Of a stretch of DNA of 64,000 bases, positions 52,204 to 64,000 are shown piece by piece (positions within the stretch are counted from its first letter, which is position 1; the number at the start of each line of letters is the position of its first letter). The stretch covers positions 558,001-622,000 of the forward strand of contig OZ234494.1 in NCBI GenBank assembly GCA_965153455.1, read 5' to 3'. Origin of the DNA: Sphagnum compactum (lineage: Eukaryota). The notes under the pieces are model-generated. The model made no database searches. It was not told the DNA's origin and was given only the letters and a program-made list of their open reading frames with translations. The position numbers and the translations under genes were made by a program.

Positions 52204-55200
52204 AATATACATATCAAACCCTATATATACCTAGGTCGCTATGTATACACTAGTGCAATACTAGTTTTAAGTTAGGTAAAAAAAATGGAACACCCAACCA
52301 CTTGAAGTGATGAGTTGATGAAGCCATGCATGCACTCATGAAGCTTGGTTTTGTTTATTTTTGGTCATTTGAGACTTTGAAGTTACGCATACTTCATCAA
52401 AGCTTGAAGTTTGGTCTTATAAATTATGTCTTCCAACTTTGTTTGTACGGGGCTCAATTATTTCTTTTTCTCCTTTCAATTGAAATTGTTGGATTCAATT
52501 TTGCCCTTTTGTTCATTCCAAATTTTTTTTTAATGATTATTTTTTGCACACATGACTTGCAATTGGAGCTGAATTTTTTAAGGCTAATGAATATTATAAA
52601 ATTAATAAATGGAAAAAAAAAGAGAATCCTTTCCTTCCAACACCAAATTTTTTTATTAAAAAAATCTGAATTTTAAAGTCTTGATATGATTTTTTTTTTA
52701 TCATGTTCAACCAACATCATGGATACAAGTACAAGCATAGAGAGGGAAACATGTCTTTGTTGTATACAAATTCAAAAAGCAATTGAATGATTTTATAAGT
52801 TCCTTTTCATTGTTTTTATAAGAAATTGTAATGTGAACAACTAACTCTAAACGAGTTAAGGATTCAAAAGGATTTTACATTTCTTTACACAACATTTAAT
52901 ATATTATTGAAAATTTTCTTTTGCTCAATATCTCAATATATTAATTATAATATAATCACTATAAAAAATTTCAAAGTTAACCTATGCAATCCTTTGGTCA
53001 TTATAATTATTTTTTGGAACCCTGACTTTGAATGGATCTAACATCAAAATCCAAAAGATCTTGAAAACCCCTTTCCCCTCCCAAAAGGAAGCAGGCATGG
53101 GCTTCTTGGGTGCATGCCATATCACTTCATTGGCCACGCAATTTTATTTTTTTTATAAATTTTTATTACCCATTTTTTGCTTAGACTTAATGCCCTTTCC
53201 TTTGATTGACCTTGGGTGAACCAACTACCATATAATTTTTAAACCTTGAGTTTGGTGAGCAATCAATCTACCTTTAAAACTTCTTTGAAACCAAGAACAA
53301 TTCAATAATGTCTTTTAACTATATGCATGCCATGTGATAGTGTTATATGATACCACATGATGCTTTTTAATCAATAAAGCTTGCATTTTGACCTTTCATG
53401 CCTATCTCCAACAAAAAGGGATGTAAGGAAGGAAACAAAAATTGCTAAAATGCACATAGTGTTTTAAAATGTAAAGAAATCACCTTAGTAACCTCAGTTT
53501 CCTCCTTTTAAGGACCTTAAATCAATCCACACTAAATCGTAATGTAAAGAACTAAGAAAACGTTGTGTTTCATCTTCAAATATTAGAAAGAATCAAAACA
53601 ACACAAGAAACGCATTAAATTTTTTTGTTTTTTGTTTACATAGAGGAAGGGTTTATCTTTAAACCTTTCTTGGATCTTCGACAACATCACTTGTTATGTT
53701 GGCCTTGTGTTTCTTAAATCAATGAAAGGTCTAAAGATAGATTGGTTGCATCTGCATGTATATAGCTCATGAGGTCAATCAACCAAGAAAATCACCCTTG
53801 GCTTCGCTCAACAAGTTTCAAAACCCTTGTACATATGTCCTTATTTTGACATAGTGAAATAAAAGTTTTCATATCTCAACTCATGTATATTTTGGCACTC
53901 ACACACAAGATAGTTGAGGTTCTTTACATGAAACTTGTTATATTAAGATTTTGAAAACTTGTTAGTTTTTTCAGACAAGGTTGAAGGTCTTTTTTTCGAG
54001 TTCGAGTGCAATAGGAAAAACAAGAACACAACTAGCAAGCACATCACAACCTTGAACTCAAAATGACATAAGGAAAGATTCCTTACACCTTGATTCAAAG
54101 TATGGCAAAGTGTATTAGAGTTCAAAGGTGAAAGGTTTTTGTTTTAGTGAGCAAAGTTGTGTTGGCTTCTCTTTGTGTCTTGTGTCATCTCTTTATCCCT
54201 CTCATTGATTTCAAGGTGTTGTATGTGATAACTTATCACACATTTTTACATAACAAGTATGAAAAAAAGAAATTCGACTTCTTTTTACGTCAAAAACATT
54301 TAGAAACAAAATTGATAATATTCAAAAACAGAATCGAAGCAACTAATAGCAAAAACTAATACTAAGTTTAAAAATGAAGTTGAATGAAAGGAGTTCTTGA
54401 ATCTTTGCAATGTTCCTCCCTCCATCATCAAAGTAGACAAGATTTTGAACATTTTCAAAAGTAAACAAAATCTTGCACATTTTGAAATTTAAAAATGTGC
54501 GTGTAATTCACTAATCCTTGTTCACTAGACTAATAAATTCGTTATTTTTTCACTGGTCCCCCCATTCATTACAACCAGTGAATTCACTCAAAATCCAATG
54601 AAATCACTTGCCATACATGGACACCTTTTGCTGTAGTGTTTTCATGTGGATTGAAACATTTGTAGTTTAAAATTCCCTCATACATTTGAAACAATAAAAA
54701 ACCTAAACCTTTCTAGGTTTTCTATATGAGGTGAGAAATTTATACATTCGTACTTTGGACAATGTGAGTTGTTCCTTGGGAGTGCATTGAAAAAAAGTTC
54801 ATTGCAAAAAGAGTTTTACAGGCAATATAAATAATTAATTAATCACATATGTTTTAACAATCAACAATAGATCATAATAGGGCTATGTTGTTTATTTGGA
54901 AATTGCCAAATCTCACTAATTGGGTTTCTCTCAATAAACCGACCTAAAAAACAAACCATGTAAATTTACCAAACCTTTGTACCCAACTAATTCTTAAAAT
55001 TTATTAAAAATAAAATAAATAAAACCCAACCAATTTCTATTTTGAAAAATAATTTTAAAAAAAAAACCCAAACCAGATGATTGGTTTGAAATTGAAAAAA
55101 TCAATTACCTGAAATTAAATTTTCTTTGAAAATTCATAAAACCACCCAACAACACTAGTACTCCAAACCCTAACCCTAAAAACACATTCTCCAAATAATT

Positions 55201-55209
55201 GTCACCTCC

Positions 55210-55950
55210 TCAAGGGACAAAAGCTTATGGGATGTGAATTGCAGGGACAAAAATTCATGGGACCTGATTTGAGGGGTTGGAACCTCATGGGACCTAAATT
55301 GAAGGGACAAAAGCTCATAGACAAGAGAAGACTTGAGGATACAAGATTCATGAGACTTCTTCAATTGAGAGGACAAGAATCACACAAGACCTGCATTTGA
55401 GGGGGGGATAAAAATAGGGTATCGGAATTGAGGGGAGGAAAAATATACGGGACCTGAATTGAGGGGACAAAAACTCCAAGGGACTTGCACTGGAGGTACA
55501 AAAAACTCTTGAGACCTGAATTGTGGGTACAGAACTCACAGGATCTGAGATGAGGGGAAAAGAAACTCATGGGTGAGTAAGAGGGGACAAAAATTCTCAG
55601 GACCTGCATTGAGAGGACAAAAACTATCGAGACCTACATTGAGAGGACAAAAACTAACTATCGAGACCTACATTGAGGGGACCAAATTCACATGATCTGA
55701 ATTGAGGGGACAAATTTTCACCAGACCTGAATTGAAGGGACACGGGACCTGAACTGAGGGGGGACAAAAAATCGCACGGGACCTGAACTGAGGGGGGACA
55801 AAAATTCACAGGTTCTTCTATGTTTGCGGGGACAAAAATCACAGGACCTGAAATGAGGGGACAAAATTACTCACGGAACCAACTGCATTGAGGGGACATC
55901 ATTTCTCGATTCTTGTCCCCTCAGTTCGCGGGACCTGAAATGAGGTGACA
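55210..55950. repeat. ~31-bp degenerate GGGAC-rich tandem array (transposon subterminal-like) upstream of DGK
   Basis: About 20 units like gggacaaaaa(n)ggacctgaattgag. One inverted unit (tcttgtcccctcagtt) near 55910. Confidence 0.8.
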
Positions 55951-56017
55951 AGAAACTCGGCATCTCAAATCGCATCACCACCATGCAGTTTGCAGTTGCA
56001 GCAGAGTGCGCGAGTGC

Positions 56018-56053
<36 letters not shown>

Positions 56054-56521
56054 TTCCTGCGATCGGCCTGCGATTCCATGCAAATCCTTTCTTTCCCGGA
56101 CACAATTTGGCGATCGGCTACAGCTTTTGTATGCGCAATTGCAGTCGCAGAATGCGCATCAGACAGCGCAACGCAGGAAACAGTTGATCAGTAAGTAACT
56201 TTTTGTATTATGCTTTGAAGGATTCTGGATTGAAGTCATGGCGTTCTTCTTCTTCTTCTTCTTCTTCTTATTATTATTATAGTGGTTCTTTTTCGGTTTC
56301 TTTTCCTTGATGGCGGTCTTCTTGTCGTTGTAATAGTTTTTTTTTTTTTTTTTCCGTTTCTTTTTTTCTTGATGGCGTTTTTCAAGTGGTAGTATAGGAG
56401 GCGTAGCTGACCGCTCTTGGATAACAACGTGGAGAATCGGAGACTCTGCTAAGTGTTTTGGTGAGGAGAAAGCTGCGGCTAGTGTTTGCAGTCAGCATCG
56501 TCGACGTTGTTTGGTGAAGCT

Positions 56522-59500
56522 ATGGCGTCGAGAGCAGAGGAAGAAGGAATTATTACGTTGAGGAACAGCAGCGGAGAAGATGAGTCTAACGACAGGGACG
56601 AGTGCTCCGACTCCACATTTCAACGAGAGTCCGATGGTGTCCAGTGCTCTTCTTGGCATTGTAATTCGTCCCTGGAGAAGCGGACGGCGACGACCTCCTG
56701 CGGCGGCGTGTTACGGCACCAGACGCTCCCACAGCCCCTTACAACGCCTTGTCCTCTGGAACCTGAACCTTCGACCTCGACTGCCGCCGTCGCATCCGAA
56801 CCACGTAAGAAGTCGCTTCAGTTCATTGCAGGATATGTTTGTTACACTCTTGCAAGCCGGTTTTCTCTTTTTGTAACTTCATTTCTCTCGCTTCTTAGCT
56901 ACAGAAGAGAGGGCTGTCACGTGCTATGTACGGAAGCCTGCAGTTTTTGCATTGCGTGCAGATGATCTTTCCGTGAAATTCTGCCTCCGCTTCATCAGAA
57001 CAGGAAAAAAACAGAAAGAAAAGGAAGAGAGGAATCTGAGTCTTACAGTGTAATCTGAACTGTGTCTCATCAGTTCCCGAGTTGAAAAGCAGCTGGATGA
57101 GTGATTCCGAGCTGAGATCGATTGTGAAGATTCCAAACTACCTAGCGGAGGCTATGGCGGATGCTGTGAGTTCAAAGGGCTCTTTAGATCTTGCAATGCT
57201 ATCCTCAAGTAGTCTGGCAGCAGCAGATCATGCCACACCATCTTGTCCTGTCTTAGTGTTCATCAACTCCAGAAGTGGGGGACTTCTTGGTCCAAATCTT
57301 TTCATACATCTATCTGAGCTCATCAGCCCACTCCAGGTTAGCAATTTCTCTTTTGCATTGAAGACATGAATCCGATCTTGCAACAATTTCCTTCTCTCTA
57401 TAAATCCATGGCACTCAAGTGCCTTGTGTAATCCAACACTATAAGTCCTGAGGCAGCACTTTTCCTTGCACCCCAAGTTACCTCTAGCCAGCCCTCAGGC
57501 AATGTGGTTTTGCAACAGGTGTATGATTTGGCACGAACTGCACCAGGTGATGTGCTTGTCCATGGGTTAGGCCTGTTAGAGAAGTTAGCTGAGGCAGGTG
57601 ATGCATGTGCGCAGGCAACCCGCACTAACCTCCGCATCATGGTTCTTCCTGTTCCTTTTCCCTTAGTAATTGCTTTTGTGAGTGGGCACAAGAGTTTAGT
57701 GGATTACCCACAACCCAGATGTAGTTGAGTATGCACAATAGTTCCAATTAGCCATGGCATTCATTATGTGTTCTCTTATGGTAAATATGTGAAGTCTTTT
57801 TGCTTTTTCTTTTTTTTTTCCTCATCGACTCATGAATTGTCAATGTTGTGATTGCCACCTACACTCTTGGTAAAGCTACAAATCAGAGCGTTCCAGATGA
57901 ATAGGGAAGCATTGCTTGAATCATCACAGAGTTGACCCCTTGTTCAATCAATTCTGGAGGCTTGTTACATACACAAGTCCAGTATGTAGAAGGTACACAT
58001 CAGCTTTGCATTGTTTATACATGGGAGTTCCATGTTAAGGGCTGGCAATGTTGATGTGACAAGAGACACAGGCTGTTCTCCTGCATCAATGGTGTTCAGT
58101 GTATTTCATCCTATACCAGGCATATTGCACTTTGGCCTGTCCAAAATTTCTTATGTCCTGAGTCTCAACATTTCAAAATATTGTCCAAATGGCCGGTATT
58201 GCCTCAACCTTTATTTAACACAATCTAGAATCCATAGGATGTTTATCACATGGAGTGGTACTGACAGAACAACAATTTAGGGTCTTCTTTTTGTGGAACC
58301 TGAAAGTGTTGAGAAGAGAGACTTAGGAATAGCTTATTATGCGCCCCTCTAGATTATCCTTGTATTTGGGGGAAAGGGCACACTTAGGTGAAGTGTTGGA
58401 ATATGAGGACAACAAAAGCGCAACTTTGGTGCTCTTTTGATCTGCATTTTTTTCTCAGGATTCTCGGGATTTATATTGGAACTCATTGTCTGGTCTGCCT
58501 ATTTGAGTCTTCAATTAGTTGAGTGTATTTGTAGCCTTTTCCTATCTCTAGATAGTGTAAAATTGCTATACATCTGCTCCAATCTTTGAAATAAGCCATA
58601 GAAAGCAAGGATGTGGAGGATTGCAGGTGGCAGGTGGCGATGGGACAGTTGGCTGGGTACTGTCAGATGTAGATGCATTGCATTCTACTAAACCTAATGC
58701 TCATCTTCCACCTGTTGGCATAATCCCTCTTGGCACTGGCAATGACTTGTCACGCAGCTTTGGCTGGGTCTGTGAAGTGAAATCTCTTTCCTCCTTTGTT
58801 CACAGTTAAAATTTCCCATTTATTTTCATGTCAGAAATTCCTACTTGTTGCTAGGTGTGTTCAGACTCATTTCCTGGACCTTTGGAAGGATCGGTGACCA
58901 TGTGATATATTGAGGTAGATTGAAAAATCTGACTGCAGGGAGGAGGGTTGATGTGGGCAACACGTCGAAAGGTCAAGAAAGTGCTTGTCAAAGCTATCAA
59001 TGCTACCATTGCCCCACTTGACAGGCACTATTTTCTTCTCCCTCCTTTCCTTATTTGTGATGCAAAATAAAGCACAATCAGAGTTCACTTGGACAAGTCA
59101 TAGGGAAGAGTAAACTTCATGCTGAATATACTCTAGTAGATTCAGAAGTGGTTGCCTTAATCATGAAGGACCAGGTTTGCCATTTTTATCACCTGGTAAG
59201 GAGAGAGATGTATATTTCAGCACAAGACATATGTATTTTATGTTTGAGTGACAATATTATGTTGGCAGGATTAAAAGAGAAACAATAGCTCAGGTAGTGA
59301 ACCTTCTTCCTGCATTTGGCTTGAGTTATTCATTCCACCAACCTTTCATCATTAGCAACAATGGCAAGTTACTGACATACTGATTACATCAATGTTGCTA
59401 GAGTCTGGCAACAGCAAGACCTCTGGCCTTACCTTTCATCCATTTTTTCCTTCAGGGTGAGACATAGCATCTGCTGTTGGATAGTCACTCTTTCCTTTAA

Positions 59501-62500
59501 TGCATTTTGGGTAGAGTTTACAATCAAGGGGGTTTATGACACCACCTTGAAGATGGAACTTTTAGCAACAACGTTGCAGTTTAGCCTATCAGATTCTTTG
59601 TGGGAGGCTCCAGGTAGTCTTTGCACCAATCTGATGTGAAAGACCCAACATTATATGAGAAAGAATGTCACATCTCTTCAAATTTCGAAACCTTAGGGGG
59701 CAGGGAGGGTAAACTCTCTCAAAATGCCTAAGGACTTTAGAAACTGAGAGGAATTTTGAAAAATCCTCAAACTGAGAAGCGACAGAAGAGAGAAACAATG
59801 AAAGATGAGTAGTGTCCAACTGCCACTTCAGAGAAGGAAAGAAAGAAAAGAGTAAATTGATTCCCACAGAAAGATAAACAGAATAGGAGAAGTGTGCTTT
59901 AATGGAGAGAGGAAATGCAGCTGGCAGGTCTTCCTATCGCCATCAGCATCTCTTAGTAAGGTGCATCTACGCTTGCCACTATCCATGCAACAAATTCAAC
60001 AAGAAGGCAATGTAATTGTATTTAACCAAATCAGGATTCCCTCTGCTTTGTTTTCATTTACTGCTTATTCTTGTAGCTGTCAAACTATTCATTCTTCATT
60101 CAGTTTATTTCTTCTGTATTGTCCTTCAAGTTCTCCAGGATGATGATCAACTAGAGCAGATTGATACCTTCATAAAATTTATGGTTCACTATAAGGAAAT
60201 GGAACAGATCTCATGGCTATGCAGTGAAGGAGATTATGATTTACATGAAGGGAATTTCACAGATTCTAACCACCAATCAGGGCATCCATACCTTATAAGA
60301 GTGACACAGAAACAACAGAGATGGAATGCTCTTAGTTGTTACTGTGAACAAACATGGGCCACAGGAAACCTTCATCTATTGGATAATATTGTTTCTGGTT
60401 TAGGTGGAAATGACTCAAGGTTACTTCCAAAGTGTTCTGTCGGGCCTTCTCTGCAATCTCATGGATGTGATTATAGTTGGATACAAGTATCCAACATTCT
60501 ACACTATTACACTAATATTTGTGACTTAATGGTCTCTTCTGCCTGAGCTGTCAACCAGAGGTTACATAGCTTCAGTTTTTTCATTTCTTGCTGAATTGCC
60601 AAGTGCAGTGTAATGATCTTTTCTCTCTCTTTTATCTTTCTTTTTCTTCTTTCACACTTGAGGATCTGCTATGGCTAAAACTCATGCAGGCTTCTCCTGA
60701 TAAGGATGCCAACTCTGATGGTCAGCAGCTATACCGGGCAACGTTCTGCAATTATTTCAGCATAGGTGAGGAGTGCATCTCCCTTCAGTGTTCAGACACA
60801 GTACTGGTTCAAAAGCCTTGCTCCATTCCTTCCCAAGCTCTTAGTGCCAAAACTTCTCTTGTAATTTTTATATGGCAAAGAAGGGCAGATGCCTTTCACT
60901 TTTGAGACGTTGCTTTATGGGTGTAGGGATGGATGCCCAGGTTGCATTTGGATTCCACAATTTCCGTAATCACATGCCTTGGCTTGCTAGAGGACGTATA
61001 GCAAACCAAGTTCGTCTTTTCTTTCCCTCCCCCTAGCCATTCTTGTCTACTCCTGAGTTTGAGAAGCTCATGGTTCTTTCTCCTGTCAGCATATTCTACG
61101 AGTCTCTGGAGCTAGTTATATTTTCAGTTCATATAGTTGGGAGGAGTACTAATTGAATGGTCTGTTTCTTTTCCTTAACCTTTTGTAATTACCAAACTGG
61201 TTGCTTGAAGGAAGTGTGCGTATATCGCACCACTGAATCCCAGTGGTGCGCATCTAGAGCCATCTATTAGTTTCACCCATGCCTGCACATGTGTGAAGAC
61301 CAGGGAAATCTGACCCCACTAACTTGGTGACAGGGTTCAATAATTTTAGTGTTTAGATCTTGAACACATCCTTGTTCAGACCTCATGCATGAAATGCTTG
61401 GAATGACTAATTCTTAGATCTAATAAGATATTGCATATACCCACATTCCAAACCTATTGCACTGTCTTATTGTAGTTACTACAGCTGTGAACTTTGACCT
61501 TGCTTCACTGTTGCCATCTACCCAGCTTCTCATGAATGGTGTAGTTAATGGAAGTTTCTGATTAGGGAAAGTTAACCTTCATCATCACTCATGATAGGAG
61601 AACCTTACATGGGGCTTTAGGCATTTGGGACATTAGACATGAAATTACCTTTTTGAGGAGAAATCACTGAAGGTAAATGAACTGTTGCATATTTTTCCTG
61701 ACAATTAACTGATTTCCCAACTGCTTCTTCTTTTGCGGTCACTGATTTGATTGGTCCACAGTTAGACTTATCATCCCTTCAATTCCCTCATGGCTGTTGT
61801 GTCATGGGTCTCAGCATGAACCCTTGTTTAGATCTTTGCATTTGCATCATGTCCAAAAGTATTTGAGTTAACTATGGATAGAGAACTTGGTTATGTAAGT
61901 CAGGGTCTGCTTTCTGCTTTCTTACAGATGATATATGGAGGCTTCTCTTGCACACAAGGCTGGTTTTGCACCCCATTTAGTAGGTGAAGCCCTAGCCTTT
62001 TTTCTTTAATCCCTCAAAACTGATTGCCTGATTGTTCATATGAAGTTTGTGCTATGCCTCCAAGTCTATTGTGCAGTTTGGGCCAGCTGTGTTTAAGGTG
62101 AAGAAGGCTTGATCTATCTCCTTCAGTTTTCTCCACTTATACAGTGTGCAGTCTACATGAACTCAGTTTGGCAAGTTATCATGGTACAGGAAGTGATTAT
62201 TGTTTGGGAACTTTTGAAAAATAATTATGCAAAACCTGATTGCTGGTGGGCATGAGTCAGTGGAGTCAAGAATGTTGTGCGCCTGTTCATCAAAAGGCAA
62301 CAAACTAACACCAAGGAATGGGAGCAAGTGGAAATACCATCTAAGTAAGAGATCACCTATCAAATCTTGTCCCAAATAACTTTCCAATCATTTTCATTGT
62401 AGCTTTAATGAAATTCTGTTACACTGCATCTATGATTCATTCCTGAGATCCTTTGCAGTGTGATGTTGATAACTTTATACTAAAAGGATTTTGTGTTTGG

Positions 62501-63803
62501 GATGGATGGAGCATACGAGCAATTGTGATACTGAATGTGCAGAGCTATGCTGGAGGCAAAAACCTATGGGGTTGGCCTGGATTTGCAACTTTAGCAAAGG
62601 TGGTACAATGCTGGATAAATCAGACTGCCTTATTTGGTGTGTTATGTCAAATTTGGATGCATTTCATCTGTGATTGTCATTACATATCACTCTATGCCTT
62701 CACTCTTGTTCTCGTTTTCTTAATGAGCTCATCTCCCTGAAACCTTCTTCATATAGGCCAAGACTCACCCATCATCTGTCCACTGGACCTTGCTTTGGAC
62801 AATTAAGAAAAGCTTTTGTGTGGTTGGTGGTGGGTTTATCCTCTGCCCACCCTTCATGTTGTCTTATCAGTGCATTTTTTGTGCTTTGGGATGATAGAGA
62901 GGATTTACAGAAGCAAAGCCTGATGATGGGCTTCTTGAGATTATTGGATTGCGTGATGGCTGGCATGCAGCATTTATTATGATCAGCGTCCTCACAGCTA
63001 TTAGAATGTGCCAGGTACTTGCATGCCAGAGCAACTCAGATGCAAGCCTGACCATGTGCAGGTTGACAATCTTAGTGATATCTCCCTTGCATTCGTCAAC
63101 TAGATGTGGGGTTATGGATTAATTCGGGTCCGTAGGTGAGCAAGTATTCTGTCATTGCTCTTTGAAATGTGGCATTGCAGGCATGTCTTGTCATCTTCAC
63201 ATTCTATGATCCAAAAGCAGATGTTTCATTTCTGAGATTGGCTGAAGCTTAGATTCATAGTTGAGACAACGTGGAACACAAAATACATTTATAACTCACT
63301 CTGCCTTGTGGGTCATTAGGACAGGGATTGAGGTTGTGTATGATGTGTTTATCCCATGCAATAGTCAGAAATTACTTGCATTCTTGGAATTCACGTGTCT
63401 TTAGGTCATGTTAGTTACTTTTCTGCTTTTGAGTATAATAGTGGATGCACTGGCCATTTGAAGTGATGTACTGCTAGAGTTCTATGCAATACTGTTTCAA
63501 ATCTCAACTAGACATTTGAACCTAGTTGGTATGAAGATGATTTCTCCTCCAATGTGACAGTGGTGCCTATCACTGTTCCACTTTCTCTTGGAAACAACAT
63601 TCTTTATATCTCCGGATGTCTAAGAGCAGGCAGAAGCAGTACGACTGGAGCTGAGTGGAGATCGGTCAATGGGCTACTTACAGATGGATGGAGAGCCCTG
63701 GCAACAACCCTTGTGTCAATCAGACCAGCCTGCTACAATTCTGCAGATTGAGCAAAATCTAGCTCCATTCATTATGTTGCGTGCACACAGAAAATACAAG
63801 TGA
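56522..63803 (+). CDS. DGK: Diacylglycerol kinase (plant cluster II-like, no C1 domains)
   Basis: Exons 56522-56804, 57074-57336, 57519-57641, 58627-58767, 58939-59024 (GC donor), 59921-60011, 60690-60765, 60927-61009, 61928-61983, 62261-62344, 62512-62599, 62898-63014 and 63630-63803. Motifs [72 protein letters not shown]. Confidence 0.93.
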
Positions 63804-64000
63804 GTACATACACCAAGCAAATGCACTATGTATTTGCATTCTGTTGCTTGTTTTTGCTCAAGTTTTGTTTACAGTCACAAGCTCAAAAGCACTACTGACA
63901 TGTCTTGTGAGATTTCAAATATACACAGAATAACTGACAATTTATTGGGCAATTTGTTGGCCATCCAAGATGACCAAGTCCCAAAGAAATGGGACCCTTT

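Noticed and set aside
60016-60546. 176-aa ORF inside a DGK intron
   Set aside because: No recognisable homology, and DGK splices in frame without it.

Overview
Eukaryotic, intron-rich land-plant nuclear DNA. Gene style and repeat content suggest a bryophyte such as Sphagnum; this is an inference. I spliced six apparently intact genes by hand: a STAR/QUAKING-type KH RNA-binding protein (-), SUMO (-), a BIG BROTHER-related RING-H2 E3 ligase (-), an ARAD1-like GT47/exostosin glycosyltransferase (-), a diacylglycerol kinase (+), and a 7-exon, 448-aa gene (+, 40498-43474). The 448-aa gene joins a plant-type N-terminus to a domain resembling an uncharacterised bacterial helix-hairpin-helix (HhH-GPD-like) protein family. 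It is a candidate intron-colonised horizontal gene transfer and the top finding. Two unprocessed pseudogenes are present: adenylate kinase, and aminoacylase-1 lying head-to-head with SUMO. The AT-rich intergenic blocks hold a decayed intron-containing Crypton-like tyrosine recombinase element, two non-autonomous Helitrons, hAT-like relics, MITEs and several minisatellites. No tRNA, rRNA or CRISPR array was recognised. All homologies are from memory of the families and were not searched.
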